From Octopus vulgaris (lineage: Eukaryota), in the NCBI GenBank assembly GCA_951406725.2, contig OX597824.1:70494001-70558000 (forward strand): a stretch of 64,000 nucleotides of DNA. The letters run 5' to 3'. Made by a program: the position numbers and the translations under genes. The notes beneath the pieces are model-generated. The model worked only from the letters and a program-made list of their open reading frames with translations, was not told the origin of the DNA and did not search any database. Of the stretch, positions 12,965-26,062 are shown one piece after another (position 1 is the first letter of the stretch; each line of letters begins with the position of its first letter).

Positions 12965-13487
12965 CAGTAATACCCCGCCTTACGAGACCTCACGTTTACA
13001 AGTTTATTTTTCAGCTCACTTTTGTAAGGTGAACTGAAATTTTTCGAGCACAAGAGCCAATTTTGAGCGAAGTGCAAAAGTTTCTACACCCATAACAAAT
13101 GTTTCTGCGCATTACCGAGAAATTTATAGAGAACGGAAAAAAGCTTCTTCTAAGCAAATAACTCTAGGCTTGTTTTTTAAAAAGAAATCTACAAGTCCGT
13201 CTACGAATGCTTGTGAATTGGCGACTACATCTACAGGTGATAGTGTGAGTGAAAGTGATTCAGAAAACGATTATTATAATAATACTTTTTATTACAAATG
13301 ATCTTGACATTCTTTTCACTTTACATAAAATATTCTTTACATTCTACTGTTGTTTTATTGCCATTTATTTACACGTATTATAAATTTTATAGGTAAAATA
13401 TTTTTCTAGGAGCGAATTACGATTTCTAATTGATACTATGGGAAATTATTGCTCCGCTTTACGAGCGGTCTCCGGGAACAAATTAGC
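12965..13487. mobile_element. pogo/Tigger-like non-autonomous remnant
   Basis: TA|CAGTAATACCCCGCCTTACGAG terminus; subterminal CGCTTTACGAG repeat near 13455. Confidence 0.5.
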
Positions 13488-13564
13488 ACATATACAGAGA
13501 ATGAAACAGACAAACAGACAGACAGAGATAGACAGATAGATTGACAGACGGACAAACATTACTA

Positions 13565-14808
13565 TTAGGTTGTTCGGAAAGTTCTGAGCGTTTTTAAGCT
13601 AAATCTTTTAACGCTTCATTGAACACACCTGAAAAGTAACACAGTTAAAACTTTGGCGTTGCTTGAAATGGTAGTGCATCTCTTCTTTGTTCCTGACCAA
13701 AAATAGATTTATCTTTCATTCCGGTTACCCTTTATTGACATTTGAAATAGATAAACAATAATTTCATATTCGCGTTGTAATGCATTTTTCTAAAAAGGAG
13801 AAAATGCTGCAATGTGAAGTTTATGGTGATGATGATGTAGGTAAATCAACTGTTCGACGGGGGCTTGCAAAATTTGAAACTGGAGTATTTAGCATGGAAG
13901 ATGACAGTCGCAGTGGAAGACCTTCAAAATTGGACGAAGATGTTTTGAAGGTAAAAATCGAAAAAAACTCAAATATCATGACTAGAGAATTTGCAGAAGA
14001 GTTGGAAGTTTCTAAAAGTAAGGCTCATGAACACCTAGTGAAGTTAGGATAAATTTCTCACTATAATGTATAGGCTCCTCATAAACCCTCAAAAAAGAAT
14101 TGCTAGGACTGGGATTCCATTTGTGATATGTTTTTGAAACGTAATGAAAGCTTACCTTTTTTGAAACAACTTGTGACTGGAGAAGAAAAATAGATTGTGT
14201 ACGAAAACGTAGCGCCAAAAAGATCCTGGAGTTGCGTTAGGATCCCCCAAAACAGCAACCAAGGACGAATATCCATGCCAAAAATGTCTATGCTTTGTGT
14301 TTGGTGGGATCATAAAGGTATTATTTTTTATAAGCTTCTCCCACAAAACCAGATCATTAATTCTGATGTGTACTGTCGTCAGCTGGCTAATTTGAACCAA
14401 AAAAATCAAAGAATTGAGGCCGGAGATTGCCAACAGGAAAGGGATAGTGTTCTAACAAGTCAATGCCCGGCTACTTGTGTCTTTGACTACCCGAACAAAA
14501 TTACATGAACTTGGCTGGTACCTCCTACCCCATCCACCACATTCTCCTGATATTGTGCCATCCGACTACCACTTGTTTTTGTCTCTACAGAATTCATTTA
14601 AAGGAAAAACATTTAACGACTTAGATTACTTTTTACTTCAAAACCAGTCAAATTTTATGGTGATGGGATATTTAAATTGCCTGATAGATGGGCAAATGCC
14701 ATTAATAATAATGGAAATTATTTCATTGAATAAAATTTATTGAAAGGTCAATTATTTATATCACTTTTTGCATATTAAAAAATGTTCAGAATTTTCTAGA
14801 CAACCTAA
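13565..14808 (+). mobile_element. full-length mariner transposon with inactivated transposase
   Basis: TIRs TTAGGTTGTTCGGAAAGTTCTGAGCGTTTTT and AAAAATGTTCAGAATTTTCTAGACAACCTAA, TA TSDs; motifs RSGRPS, MLCVWWD and HPPHSPDIVPSDYHLF in shifted frames. Confidence 0.95.
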
Positions 14809-15407
14809 TAGATTTTCACACACATATAAACTTATTATCAGTTTAAGTGTGTTTTAGCCATACTGGAACACGTAAGAAAGGCATTCACTGCATTTTGTCA
14901 ATGCAGAGAAAAACGTGTAAACACGCCGGATCAGTTCGGAGCACTGTCTATCCAGATCGATGGAGCAAAGGCTAAAACGGTACAAATCCTTCCTGAATCA
15001 TATAGATTTATAAGGCCGGTTTCCCGGTTTCCGTGGCGTATATATCTCCCCCACCCCAAGACGGGATGCCAGCAGTCCGTCGCAGAGTTACTCATTTTCG
15101 GTAGCTGAATGGGCTGGAACAACGCGTCGTTCAGTCCAGGAATCGAAACCACACTCTTACGATCATGAGTCCAACACCCTAACCACTAAGCCACTAACAA
15201 AATGCAGTGAATGGCCTCTTTAGTAGCTCGAATATATCTCATACATATTCCATTTGGTAACAAGTATATATTTACATAAATTACTGCTTAGCGCTTCTAA
15301 TCCGTATTTTACTACGGCCGGGCAGCCGCTTAGCGTAACAAGTGACAGTATTTTGACTGCAATCCAATAAGAGAGGCTTAGTCTCTCGTAGTCAGTTCAG
15401 AGTCGCC

Positions 15408-15452
15408 TCGATGCTGAATAAGAGATTACTCCGAAATGCACGCGTCCATCGA
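15408..15452 (+). ncRNA. minimal type-I hammerhead ribozyme-like motif (mutated core)
   Basis: TCGATG-CTGAATA-AGAG ATTA CTCC-GAAA-TGCACGCGTC-CATCGA: 6-bp stem I, stem II, GUC site; G8 replaced by T. Confidence 0.65.
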
Positions 15453-15480
15453 TCTGAGAAGAGGGCGCTCCGAACTAGTC

Positions 15481-15889
15481 TCTCTTACTCTTTTACTTGT
15501 TTCAGTCATTTGACTGTGGCCATGCTGGAGTACCGCCTTTAGTCGAGCAAATCGACCCAAGGACTTATTCTTTGTAAGCCCAGTACTTATTCTATCGATT
15601 GCTTTTGCCGAACCGCTAAGTTACGGGGACGTAAACACACCAGCATCGGTTGTCAAGTGATGTTGAGAGGGACAAACACAGACACACAAACATATACACA
15701 CATACATACATATGTATACATATATACGACAGGCTTCTTTCAGTTTCCGTCTACCAAATCCACTCACAAGGTTTGGTCGGCCCGAGACTATAGTAGAAGA
15801 CACTTGCCCAAGGTGCCACGAGGTGGGACTGAACCCGGAACCATATGGTTGGTAAGCAAGCTACTTACCACACAGCCACTCCTACGCCT
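15481..15889 (-). mobile_element. full-length SINE family A
   Basis: tRNA head at 15889, internal TA/TG tract, (GTAAAAGA)n-like tail. Confidence 0.9.
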
Positions 15890-15899
15890 AGTCTGGTGT

Positions 15900-16560
15900 G
15901 TTTACATTTTTTTGTCAACAGCGAGAATCTTTCTTCGTGATAAAAATGCAGTGAGTGGCCTTCTTATGGATTCAAATATGTCTCAATAATCTATATTTAT
16001 ATAAACATGGCCATACTACAGTGAAGAGCGAGGCATGTTCAGGTAGGCCATCCACATGCCGAAACGGAGCTGATGGAGAAGGTTCAGCGAATTATCATGG
16101 AAGAACGTCGTGTAACAATCTAAGAGATTACTCACGAAGTTAGAATAAGCAGATCAGTGCATTCCATTTGAAAGGAGGATTTGTGCATACGGAGAGTGTG
16201 GGCAAAAAAAATTAAGTCGGATACTTTTAAACGCACCTCGTAATCCAAGATTTACTTGTCAAGAACAACACACCACTTGTTCGACAGGTTCCTCTCGACT
16301 TGGCATAGTGTGACTTCTGGCTCTTCCCCCAAACTGAAAATTCACTCTGAAAGGGAACTAATTTGTGTCGCGAGAGGAAATTATGAGAAAAGCGAAGGCG
16401 GAGCTCCATAGGGTTCGAGAAAAAGCATTCCAGAGTTGTTACCAGCAGTGACAGAACGGTTGATTGATGTCAGCTCCCAAGGCGCTAAAATAAAATTTGT
16501 GAAATTTACAAAATTGCATGTTTTTAATGCCAAAAGGTCGAATATTTTCTGAAAGCAACT
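15900..16560 (+). mobile_element. decayed, internally deleted mariner transposase remnant
   Basis: VKSEACSGRPST and a DLA*CDFWLF-like motif near 16296-16330. Confidence 0.75.
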
Positions 16561-16591
16561 CGAATTTTTTCCTGCGTAGATCTACGTAGAC

Positions 16592-16792
16592 CAGTGCTTT
16601 TCAACTTTTTTTCTGGAGCGGAACCCCAAGAAAACATTTCACTGGTTCGAGGAACCCCTGTGCAATAATTTAATTGTCTTATGCACACATATCTGCACAG
16701 GAGAATTAAAAGTTACTGTCGATTTTAGCATTTTTGTAACTTCTTGCGGAACCCCTGGACTGTACTGGCGGAACCCTCGTTAAAAACCACTG
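16592..16792. mobile_element. hAT (Charlie-like) MITE with 8-bp TSD
   Basis: TIRs CAGTGCTTTTCAAC and GTTAAAAACCACTG; TSD ACGTAGAC at 16584-16591 and 16793-16800. Confidence 0.9.
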
Positions 16793-17020
16793 ACGTAGAC
16801 CAATGAGGTTGCAAATTTTCATGCTTTTAAACTATCCCATGCCCACATCGAAGGACCCATCTCAGTCGGGGTTTTTTTTACCCATGTCGAACTGTCTTCG
16901 AAGAGCAGTCTTTTCTTGCGTGCATCGTTACATCAGTATATTTTTTGTATACACTATTATAAGATTTAGCGAAATTTATTGCTCTCAGAAGTAAGGTCTG
17001 GAGATAGAGGACTAGAAATA

Positions 17021-17235
17021 CGAGGGGATGCTGAAAAATTCCTGGTTTGGGGGCAAAAGAAAATACTGGAAGATCAGTTAATTATGATTTTACTCAACTT
17101 ATTCCTCTCAGATTCACACACTTATTGCTGCAGTCCTTCAGTTTTTCTAATTTCTGTAAAAGAACTCGAAAGGTTGGGCCTCCAACCAGGCCTTACGCGA
17201 CACCCTTAAAGCGAGGAACTTTCTGCACCCCCTCG
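17021..17235. mobile_element. mariner-type MITE
   Basis: TA|CGAGGGGATGCTGAAAAATTCCTG ... GGAACTTTCTGCACCCCCTCG|TA; related copies at about 36847-37045 and 63292-63960. Confidence 0.85.
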
Positions 17236-17237
17236 TA

Positions 17238-17930
17238 CATTATATCACATTTTGTGAATTTCACATTGTGTTTATTAGCGATGGCTGTTCTAATTTTGTG
17301 GTTGAACTTACACAACGGTTTTTATGTTGATTAACCCGATTTCAAATTTAGTAGTGCTAATTAGCTAGCATTTCAAATCGTATTCAGTCACTTTCATGGT
17401 ATTTGATAGTAATAGATCGCTTGTTGTTTAGCTAATACCTCTATCGTCAATTTTAGGTATAACTGCTATTGCCTCAGCTCTCAGTCAATGAGCTAACCTT
17501 CTTGTCTTTACAAGATTTATTACTGGTCAGTAGTTGTCGACGTAGAATCTTATCTACTTTATATAATTTTTTGCTTAACCGAAAAATACAAAGACTTTAT
17601 AATAATCTAAGTTCTGAGTATCTGTGAAACGTTTACATTGGAAAAGGTAAGAAAACTTACGGAATTTTTGGTTGTATATTATGCCTAAGGATTCTGATTC
17701 CAAGTTGTTCCAAGTTATTCAGATGATTGATCTTTGGGGAGAGGCAGTTCTTTTCTGTCTTGGTAGTATGTATTAGGTTCAACGATGGCTAAGTCCTATA
17801 AATATACTTTCCGTCTCGTGCGTTTGAAAAGATCGTCCATCTTCTCTTGAATATGTCTGGTGTAAAAGCCAATTGGTAGAATTAAGATTTATTAGTTAAG
17901 TAGTCCAAGTGATATACATCCAATGTTTAT
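17238..17930 (-). mobile_element. Penelope-like element, decayed N-terminal ORF part
   Basis: Minus-strand frames give FYTRHIQEKMDDLFKRTRRKVY, KIDDR..AKQQA and LISTTKFEIGLI, resembling recalled PLE motifs KRMRWKA and LINPAKSEIG. Confidence 0.6.
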
Positions 17931-18828
17931 TTAAATTTACGAGGTCTAATATTGGTATAGAAGCTTGTGTGTAACAAATATGTGACCGACACGCGTAACA
18001 GACGACAGAAAAGAGCATTCAACACCAAGCTAGTAAAGTTTAATAGTGTATAATCTACAATAAACTTCATGTCAAACCGAATAAACATGAATTCTCTCAC
18101 CTATACTATACCTTCCGTACCGTACACCCACGAGCGGGGAATCTACTGAAGTGATGTAATTTCATTATTGCAGATGCACGTCATGTGGGTTCCATGAAGT
18201 CTCAGCCCTGACTTGAGATTGAGATAGAACAACACACTCAACATCTCAAATTTTATCGTGACAAGCGCTTGTGCCACACACTCTCTAAATTGTTGAAACC
18301 ATTAAAATGGCAACGAGCTAATAATAACAGGCAAAATGACGTCAGATTTTACACACACACACACATGTATATAAAGATCTGTTCAAAAATACAGACAAGC
18401 AAACGCAAAACTCACACAGGATCTCGCCAAGTCCTCGTAAGTTATCGCAGCAATATATATATATATATATATATACACTTATACATATATAAGCACATGC
18501 ATACATATATGTGGGCATATATAAGCATATATATGTATGCATGTGCATATATGTATAAGTATATATATATATATGTGCACATATGTACATATACATGTAT
18601 GCATGTGCATATATGTATAAGTGTATATATATAAGATCGTTTGTCAAGCGATGGTGGAGGGGCAAATACACACACACACACATATATACACACGACGGGC
18701 TTCTTTCACCTTCTGTCTACCAAATCCACTCACAAGGCTTTGTCGGTTATAGTAGAAGACACTTGTCCGAGGTGGAGACTGAACCCGGAACCATGTGGGT
18801 GGGAAGCAAGTTTCTTACCACTCCTGCG

Positions 18829-18967
<139 letters not shown>

Positions 18968-19109
18968 ATATGTATGTATGTGTGCGTATTTATGTGTGCG
19001 TGTTTATGTGTGTGTGTGTGTAGGATCGTTTGTAAAAATACTTAAATCTAAAGGAGAAGACCTCTTTAAAATATGGTGGCTGTGGGGGGACTTGTTTTTA
19101 AGGGTAAAA

Positions 19110-20060
19110 TCCTAGGTCATTATCTCCCTTTGCCATTGTCCATCGATTTTCGGCCGCGATCGAAGATCGCTGAACAATGTATTAAAGCACATAGCGACGA
19201 ACTACTTGATGTATTAATGAGGGTCATATGATAGTGCTGATGTCTGTGATCTTGTGGGTTTATTTATATAAAACACATTCAGATATAGATACCCGCCTTA
19301 TGACGTTGGTCTATACCGTGACGACGGTTTGGGTATTTCCCGTGGGCGTGAAAGCAACTAATTTCTACCTTTAATCAACTAGGACTTAAAATTACAGTAA
19401 CGACTTATCTCTCTATAGCTGATTATTTAGATGTTTCCTGAGATTTAAACTCCTCCTCGTATAAATGTTTCCAAAAGCCTAATGTGAAACTCGTATATAT
19501 ACATAAGCAGTCTTGTCACCCTCCTGTAATGTTTAAAAACCTGATAGCTAGTACTTGTAACAGAGTGTCTAACTTCGCTTCTTCCAAAAAAATTTTCGAG
19601 AAAGCTGTCACCTATTATGACAAGGCCCTAGCCAATAGTGGCTTCAAAGACAAAATTAATATATAATCCCTCTAATGATACTCAAAACATTGATAATAGA
19701 TCTAGTGGCGTCAAAGATAAAGTAATACATAACCACTATAGTATTAATCAGGATAATAAGAAACCTGAAAATAGACCAAAGAAAATTATTTGGTTCGCTC
19801 TTCCCCTTTCTCTTGATATAAAAACTAACATGTGTAAAAGTTTCCTTTCTCTCCTAGACAAACACGGTCCAGCCACTCACAGATACAGGAAAATATTGTC
19901 ATATAGCTGCTGCCCTATTATGAAGAGTATCATTACACGTCGTCAATGCCAAGAGCTTAAATCCAGTTGCAAATGTCGCGAGCTAGGATCCTGTCCACTT
20001 GACCAACGATATATGACTAAATCTATCATATATGAAGCAGCGGTTACTAAAACTTTAAAT
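19110..20060 (+). mobile_element. Penelope-like element RT, thumb and start of GIY-YIG region (pseudogenised)
   Basis: GSYDSADVCDLVGLF, GLYRDDGL, DYLDV, YIHKQSCHPP, IIWF, LSYSC and CKCR...CPL....TKSIIYEA motifs; frameshifts. Confidence 0.9.
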
Positions 20061-20429
20061 AATAATAATAATAATAAAATTCCGCCTATTCCTGACTGAC
20101 TTGATATCTTTCCAGCCTTTTAGGTCTAAGGAGGATCGCTTTTTTACCTATTTCACTTTTTATTTTTTGCATTTTAGTTTGTTTTCCGTTGTTTACTGTC
20201 TGCATTTTCTATATACTGCCTTCTCAATTTTTTTCGCGTTTAATCTATTATTCAATTTCTTTACTTCGTTATGAAACGTGGCATGGGTTTTACAGCTGGA
20301 TGCCTGAAGAATATGTTGAGTTTTCTCAACATATGAAACTATTAGTAGCGCTTTAATACATGTATTGTGACCTTTAGATAAATACAATTTATCTCTCATC
20401 AGAGGGAATACTTTTTTTGTTGAATTTTC

Positions 20430-21100
20430 TATCACTGATCAGTACTTGCTTGTTTTTTCAGACAACGAAAAAAAATAGTTTCACCATTCCATTTCATTTT
20501 ACATTAGCAAGGGTTTCAGCTTTATGATATTTTCATAGGTGCATAAAATCGTAACTCCATGCATGTATGATATTTTCAGTCAGAATATATGTAGGGCTAA
20601 CTACACTTTTGAAAAATGCTAAACCGTTGTACTACACTTTGACAATTTTCATCTGAAGCAGCTGTAGATATGCGATAGTTTGACCAAATGAACCGGCTGT
20701 TGCAAGCAAAATTAAATATTGAAAAGAAAAATGCATTTGTCCAAATTTGGACATACGACAGTTTAACATAATAGCAACAATATGTGTGTGTCTGTACACA
20801 GTACTGGATGGCCATTAACCTTCTTGAGTCCATCTGCCCTTTGATGGATTTTGTTTTTTATTCTACTGAGTACCACTCATCATCCAAGCTTAATGGGTTA
20901 CTGTTTTAAACACTGATGACGACCCAACCATGGAAAGGTTGCACTACTTTACATGGTTACCAGTAGCAGGTTTTCATGGTCTTTATGACTTACACGTGTT
21001 TCTACACCACAGACTACTGGTATTGCAAATGCAACTTGGCATTATTTCCTCTGCAGCTTCTTCAGAGTCTATCCATTTGGCTAGTTTCAAAGTAAAGTGA
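20430..21100 (-). pseudogene. possible ancient hAT/ZMYM1-like (TTF zinc finger) transposase fossil
   Basis: Fragments LGRHQCLKQ, WYSV and IQYCVQTHTYCCYYVKL loosely resemble GPxQP..WY..WL.YS....FC..C.LF; heavily decayed. Confidence 0.3.
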
Positions 21101-21454
21101 TCTGAATTGATATATATGTGTGCGTAAGAAGGTGTGTATATCAGTATATATATATATATGCACATCTGTGTGGCTGTGTGGTAAGACACTTGCTTACCAA
21201 CCACATGGTTCCAAGTTCAGTACTACTGCATGGCACATTGGACAAGTGTCTTCTACTATAACCTCAGGCCAACCAAAGCCTTGTGAGTGAATTTGGTAGA
21301 TGGAAAATAAAAGGAGCCTGTCGTATATTTATATATATTGTGGGTATGGTAGATGAGTTCAGCAAAAATTTAGATTCAGATGAATATGGTACTTAAGTTG
21401 AGGCACCAGAATTTAGTACGGTATTATCCATACAATTTCAAAGTAAGGTAATTA

Positions 21455-21564
21455 AAATCAAAATAAGCAATAAGGATATCCACAGGTAATGCAGTACGAT
21501 CGTTTCATGCATGAAACGATCGTACTGCATTGCCTCTGGATATCCTTGTTGCTTATTTTCATTT
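21455..21564. repeat. near-perfect 110-bp palindrome (fold-back of a pseudo-LTR-like fragment)
   Basis: Perfect core AATGCAGTACGATCGTTTCATG|CATGAAACGATCGTACTGCATT at 21488-21531. Confidence 0.95.
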
Positions 21565-21565
21565 C

Positions 21566-21604
<39 letters not shown>

Positions 21605-21609
<5 letters not shown>

Positions 21610-22315
21610 CGGGTAATATTATGAAATGTCGGTGTCAGCAGTTGTAACGATAAAAATTTGTTGTTATAACGGCATGTTATAGGATGTGAAAGATGAATAA
21701 TGCATAAAGTTTTAAGAAAGTATTTACTTACCGTTACGTTGAAAAATACCATACCTCGACGGGCAGGATATAACATCTGAGAGCATGCGAAAGAAAGTTA
21801 GATGTGGTAGAATTTTTTTGCTTAGTTTGGTGTACACAAATTGTTAGTAGTAATTCACAGATAGCAATAGATGATGCTGTAAGGGAACAGAATTAGAGCT
21901 AGTGAAAGTTGTAGGGTTGTGGGATGTTGTCTCACAGTTGCTGAAAGTAAATTTAATTTCTCCCTCTGACCAAGGTTCTAGCTGGTCAGCCAGACTTCGT
22001 TCTCAATAAGTTGTCACCGTAGTGGCTAACTCGTTGAGTCGTCACCGAAGTCACTGAACTGGTTGAGTCGTCACCATGTGACTAACTATCTTTTTGCTTG
22101 GGGTTCATGCTTTTATAACTATCCAGAAGGATAGACATATCGTTGAGAACAATATATTTAGTTGGTGGTCTTTTTATCTCTATTCTAGCTTTAGGTGAGG
22201 TTATAAGGGTCAAGTGGTGAAAACATTATTTTGGCCTAGCTAAAGGCAATTTGGCAAATGTAAAACTGCTGTCAGAGAAAAACCATTGTTCCACCATGTG
22301 AAAATTTCTGTTACA
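21605..22315. mobile_element. possible solo LTR
   Basis: TGTAAC...GTTACA termini with GTGTG/GTGTT flanks; internal short direct repeats GTTGAGTCGTCACC. Confidence 0.4.
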
Positions 22316-22364
22316 GTGTTAATTTAAATTTGGCTATGGTGGATCGAATCCACTTCTTGCCTGC

Positions 22365-22604
22365 ATATATATCAAGGGCAAGCAAGTATGTATACAAGTT
22401 TCCAATGTGCTAGAAAAAGATGCCAATGTCTAAAATCTACCTTAAGATATCACCATAAAGTATAAACATGTGCTGTACTCATGCAAATAAACCAGCGTAT
22501 ATTTATACTTGATAGTGATATCTTAAGGTAGGTTTTTAGACATCAGTGTCTTTTTCTAGCATATTGGGAACTTATATTCATACTCACTTGCCTTTGATAT
22601 ATAT
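22365..22604. repeat. diverged fold-back element, arms about 110 bp
   Basis: ATATATATCAAGGGCAAG...CTACCTTAAGATATCAC versus GTGATATCTTAAGGTAG...CTTGCCTTTGATATATAT. Confidence 0.85.
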
Positions 22605-23111
22605 TTATAAATTGATTAATTTAACCATAACCAGTTGATTGCATGCTAACTACCTGATCTACCTGATAAAATCTAATACGTGTATATATTTATGTATGTG
22701 TGTCTGTGTTTGTCCTCCCACCATTGCTTAACAATCAATGCTGGTGTGTTTATGTCACTGTAACTTAGAAGTTCAGCAAAAGAGACTGATAGAATAAGTA
22801 GTAGACTTTGAAAAGAATAATTCCTGGGGCTGATTTCTTCAACTAAAATCCTTTAAGGTCGTGCTCCAGCATGACCACAGTCAAATGACAGAAACAAGTA
22901 ATAGAATAAAAGAATATTTATATATAAATGTATGTAAATTAAGATTCCACACCCTGGATGTAAAATAATGACTGCACATCTCGTCTATGTATTCCAAGTG
23001 CAAGAATGCTTTGAAACAATTGTAGAGATTTAAAATAAAGGATGTTGTTAATTATGTTTCTTTCATTCCTCTCTGTATATATATGTATGTTCATATGGAT
23101 GTTTAGATATA

Positions 23112-23174
<63 letters not shown>

Positions 23175-23184
23175 ATAAGCACCA

Positions 23185-23405
23185 ACTGATCGTGGCCGCT
23201 GCCAGCCTCTCCTGGCACCTGTGCCAGTGGTACGTAAAAAGCACTCACTACACTCACAGAGTGGTTGGTGTTAGGAAGGGCATCCAGCTGTAGAAACACT
23301 GCCAGATCAGACTGGAGCCTGGTGCAGCCTCCTGGCTTCCCAGACCCCGGTCAAACCATTCAACCCATACTAGCATGGAAAACGGACATTAAACGATGAT
23401 GAAGA
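23185..23405 (+). mobile_element. short retroposon with TTAGGAAGGGCATCCAGC core and (GAT)n tail (RTE-associated type)
   Basis: Recurrent family, also at about 24130-24375, 47075-47220, 51330-51500, 54380-54610, 56160-56345 and 57850-58060. Confidence 0.7.
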
Positions 23406-24402
23406 TTATATATATATATCTTCATCATTGTATCTCCATGTCCAATGCTGATGTGGATTAACCAATTTTGTAAGATCCAACACATCCAAAGAATGCACTG
23501 GATACCATTGTCTTCATTGACATCATCTCTACATCTAGAGGTTGGATGTCCTTTCAAAAGCCAACCTCTTTCCAGCATGTATTGGGTGAATTTTCATTTT
23601 TTTTGTTGTTGTTGTGGACTAGCACTAGTGAGATTGGGGCTATAGTAGGAAGGAATGTGGCTTTTGACGCAGAGATATGGTGTTAAAGTATGAGAGAATG
23701 TAAAAACCATCCAGCCCATACTGTAAACTGATTGGCATTTGAACTGGTTGGCATTTGGAAGGGTATCTAGCTGTAAAACCCATGCCAAAACTGACTTCGC
23801 TTATGCTGGTGCCTCATAAAAAAAACACTCAGAGGAATATGGCTTTTTACTCAGAGATGCAACATTAAAACATGAGAGAATGGGAACAGAATAGAATAGG
23901 TGCCTTGCTCAATAGAAGCTACATATTTATTCACATTACAGATTTGAGGGTAAGAGTGACTGGAATAGAACTGGGAAGAGATAAAATAATGTTGATAAAA
24001 TGTCAGAATAAACCCTTAAGACACAATGTGACTAGAAGTGAGTGACAACAGGAAACAAGGTGTGGGTCTCTTTGTCACACTTGGACCTTTCATCATCTGG
24101 CACAAGACCACTTCCACCAATGCCTCCCTCTCCTCTCTCAAAGCTTGTCTTGCAAGCTACTTGGTCACCTTGCCAGAGCTCGTGCCACGTAAAAAGCATC
24201 TAGCCCATACTGTAAACTGGTTGGTATTTGGAAGGGCATCCAGCTGTAAAAACCCTGCCAAAACAGACACTGAAGCCTGGTGCAGTCTTCTGCCTAGCCA
24301 GCTCCTGTCAAACCGTCCAACCCATGCCGGCATGGAAAGTGGACATTAAATGGTGTTGATGACGATGATGATGATATACATATAATTAAAAAAAAATTGA
24401 GA

Positions 24403-24541
24403 GGCGCAGGAGTGGCTGTGTGGTAAGTAGCTTGCTTACCAACCACATGGTTCTGGGTTCAGTCCCACTGTGTGGCACCTTGGGCAAGTGTCTTCTACTA
24501 TAGCCGACCAAAGCCTTGTGAGTGGATTTGGAAGACGGAAA

Positions 24542-24582
<41 letters not shown>

Positions 24583-24800
24583 CGTGTATGTTTGTGTGTC
24601 TGTGTTTGTCCCCCTAGCATTGCTTGACTACCAATGCTGGTGTGTTTATGTCCCCGTCACTTAGCGGTTCAGCAAAAGAGACCGATAGAATAAGTACTGG
24701 GCTTAAAAAGAATAAGTCCCGGGGTTGAATTGCTCGATTAAAGGCGGTGCTCCAGCATGACCGCAGTCAAATGACTGAAACAAGTAAAAGAGGGTAAAGA
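24403..24800 (+). mobile_element. full-length SINE family A
   Basis: GGCGCAGGAGTGGCTGTGTGG head through GAAACAAGTAAAAGAG tail. Confidence 0.9.
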
Positions 24801-25023
24801 GAGATGTATGAAAAGATATACAGACCGACAGATAAATGTTTAAGTATGTTTGTATGCCCATGTATGTACATATTAGCATAACCATATTAACATAACTCAA
24901 AGCCAAAAATGTCCCATTATCAATTCTTACTTTGAAATGAAGGAATGAATAATTCAACTTATTCCTTCCATTGTAACTCTTCGGTCTTCTTTGTAACACC
25001 TGACTGCACACACAAATATATGC

Positions 25024-25024
25024 A

Positions 25025-25081
<57 letters not shown>

Positions 25082-25251
25082 GTCTGTTCTGTCTATCTGT
25101 TTATCTATCGATCTAACTATCTATCTATCTATCTATCTATCTATCAATCTATTTATCTCTCTATCTATCTATCTATTTATCTATCTATCTGTCTGTCTGT
25201 CTATCTGTCTATTTATCTAGCTATCAATCTATCTATCTGTCTATCTATCTG

Positions 25252-25284
<33 letters not shown>

Positions 25285-25398
25285 TTATCAATCTGTTTGT
25301 GAATGCACACATATATATACACAGGCACATATCCATCCATTTACATATGTGTGTGTGCATGTATGTGTGTGTGTCTAGATAAATATATATGGAAATTG

Positions 25399-25432
<34 letters not shown>

Positions 25433-25439
25433 GTATATA

Positions 25440-25492
<53 letters not shown>

Positions 25493-26062
25493 GTATGTAT
25501 GTTTATATATACATATACATACCTTTATAGATAGATAGATAGACAGATACATACACACACACACACATACATACATATATATATGTATATATATATATAT
25601 AGAGAGAGAGACATATACATATAGACATATATACATAGATATACACTCCTATAGATATATATTTGCATGTGTGTGTGTATCAGCATGGAAAACGGACCTC
25701 AAATGATGATGATGATGAAAATGTAAGTATGTATGCATGTATATGTATACGTGTAAAGATCTATATCTATGGGTTTATGTGTATATGTATACATATATAT
25801 AAATATTTACAGAGAGAGAGTGTGTGTGAGAGAGAGAGAGTGTGTGTGAGAGAGAGAGAGAAAGGGTGGGATAGTTAAATACATACATACATACATGCAT
25901 ACATATGTACATACATATGTACATACATACATGCATACATACATACATACATACATGCATGCATACATACATACATTCATACATACATATATACATACAT
26001 GCATGCATACATACATGCATACATACATACATACATGCATACATACATACATACATACATAC
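25024..26062. repeat. (TATC)n, (TA)n, (GA)n and (TACA)n microsatellite cluster
   Basis: Directly visible tetra- and dinucleotide arrays. Confidence 0.95.

Noticed and set aside
20912-20945. CTGATGA followed by GAAA
   Set aside because: Stems I and III cannot be formed, so not a hammerhead; the same applies to CTGATGA at about 60473.
20993-21100. Minus-strand exon candidate (ttcag| ... |gtaagt) reading HFTLKLAKWIDSEEAAEEIMPSCICNTSSLWCRNT
   Set aside because: No polypyrimidine tract, no recognisable protein, and it overlaps a possible transposase fossil; cannot be supported without RNA data.
22975-23030. GAAACAATTGTA hammerhead-like 3' half
   Set aside because: No recognisable CUGANGA box upstream; too decayed to call.
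24921-24990. 69-nt minus-strand exon candidate VLQRRPKSYNGRNKLNYSFLHFK
   Set aside because: Weak acceptor next to a microsatellite and no homology recognised.
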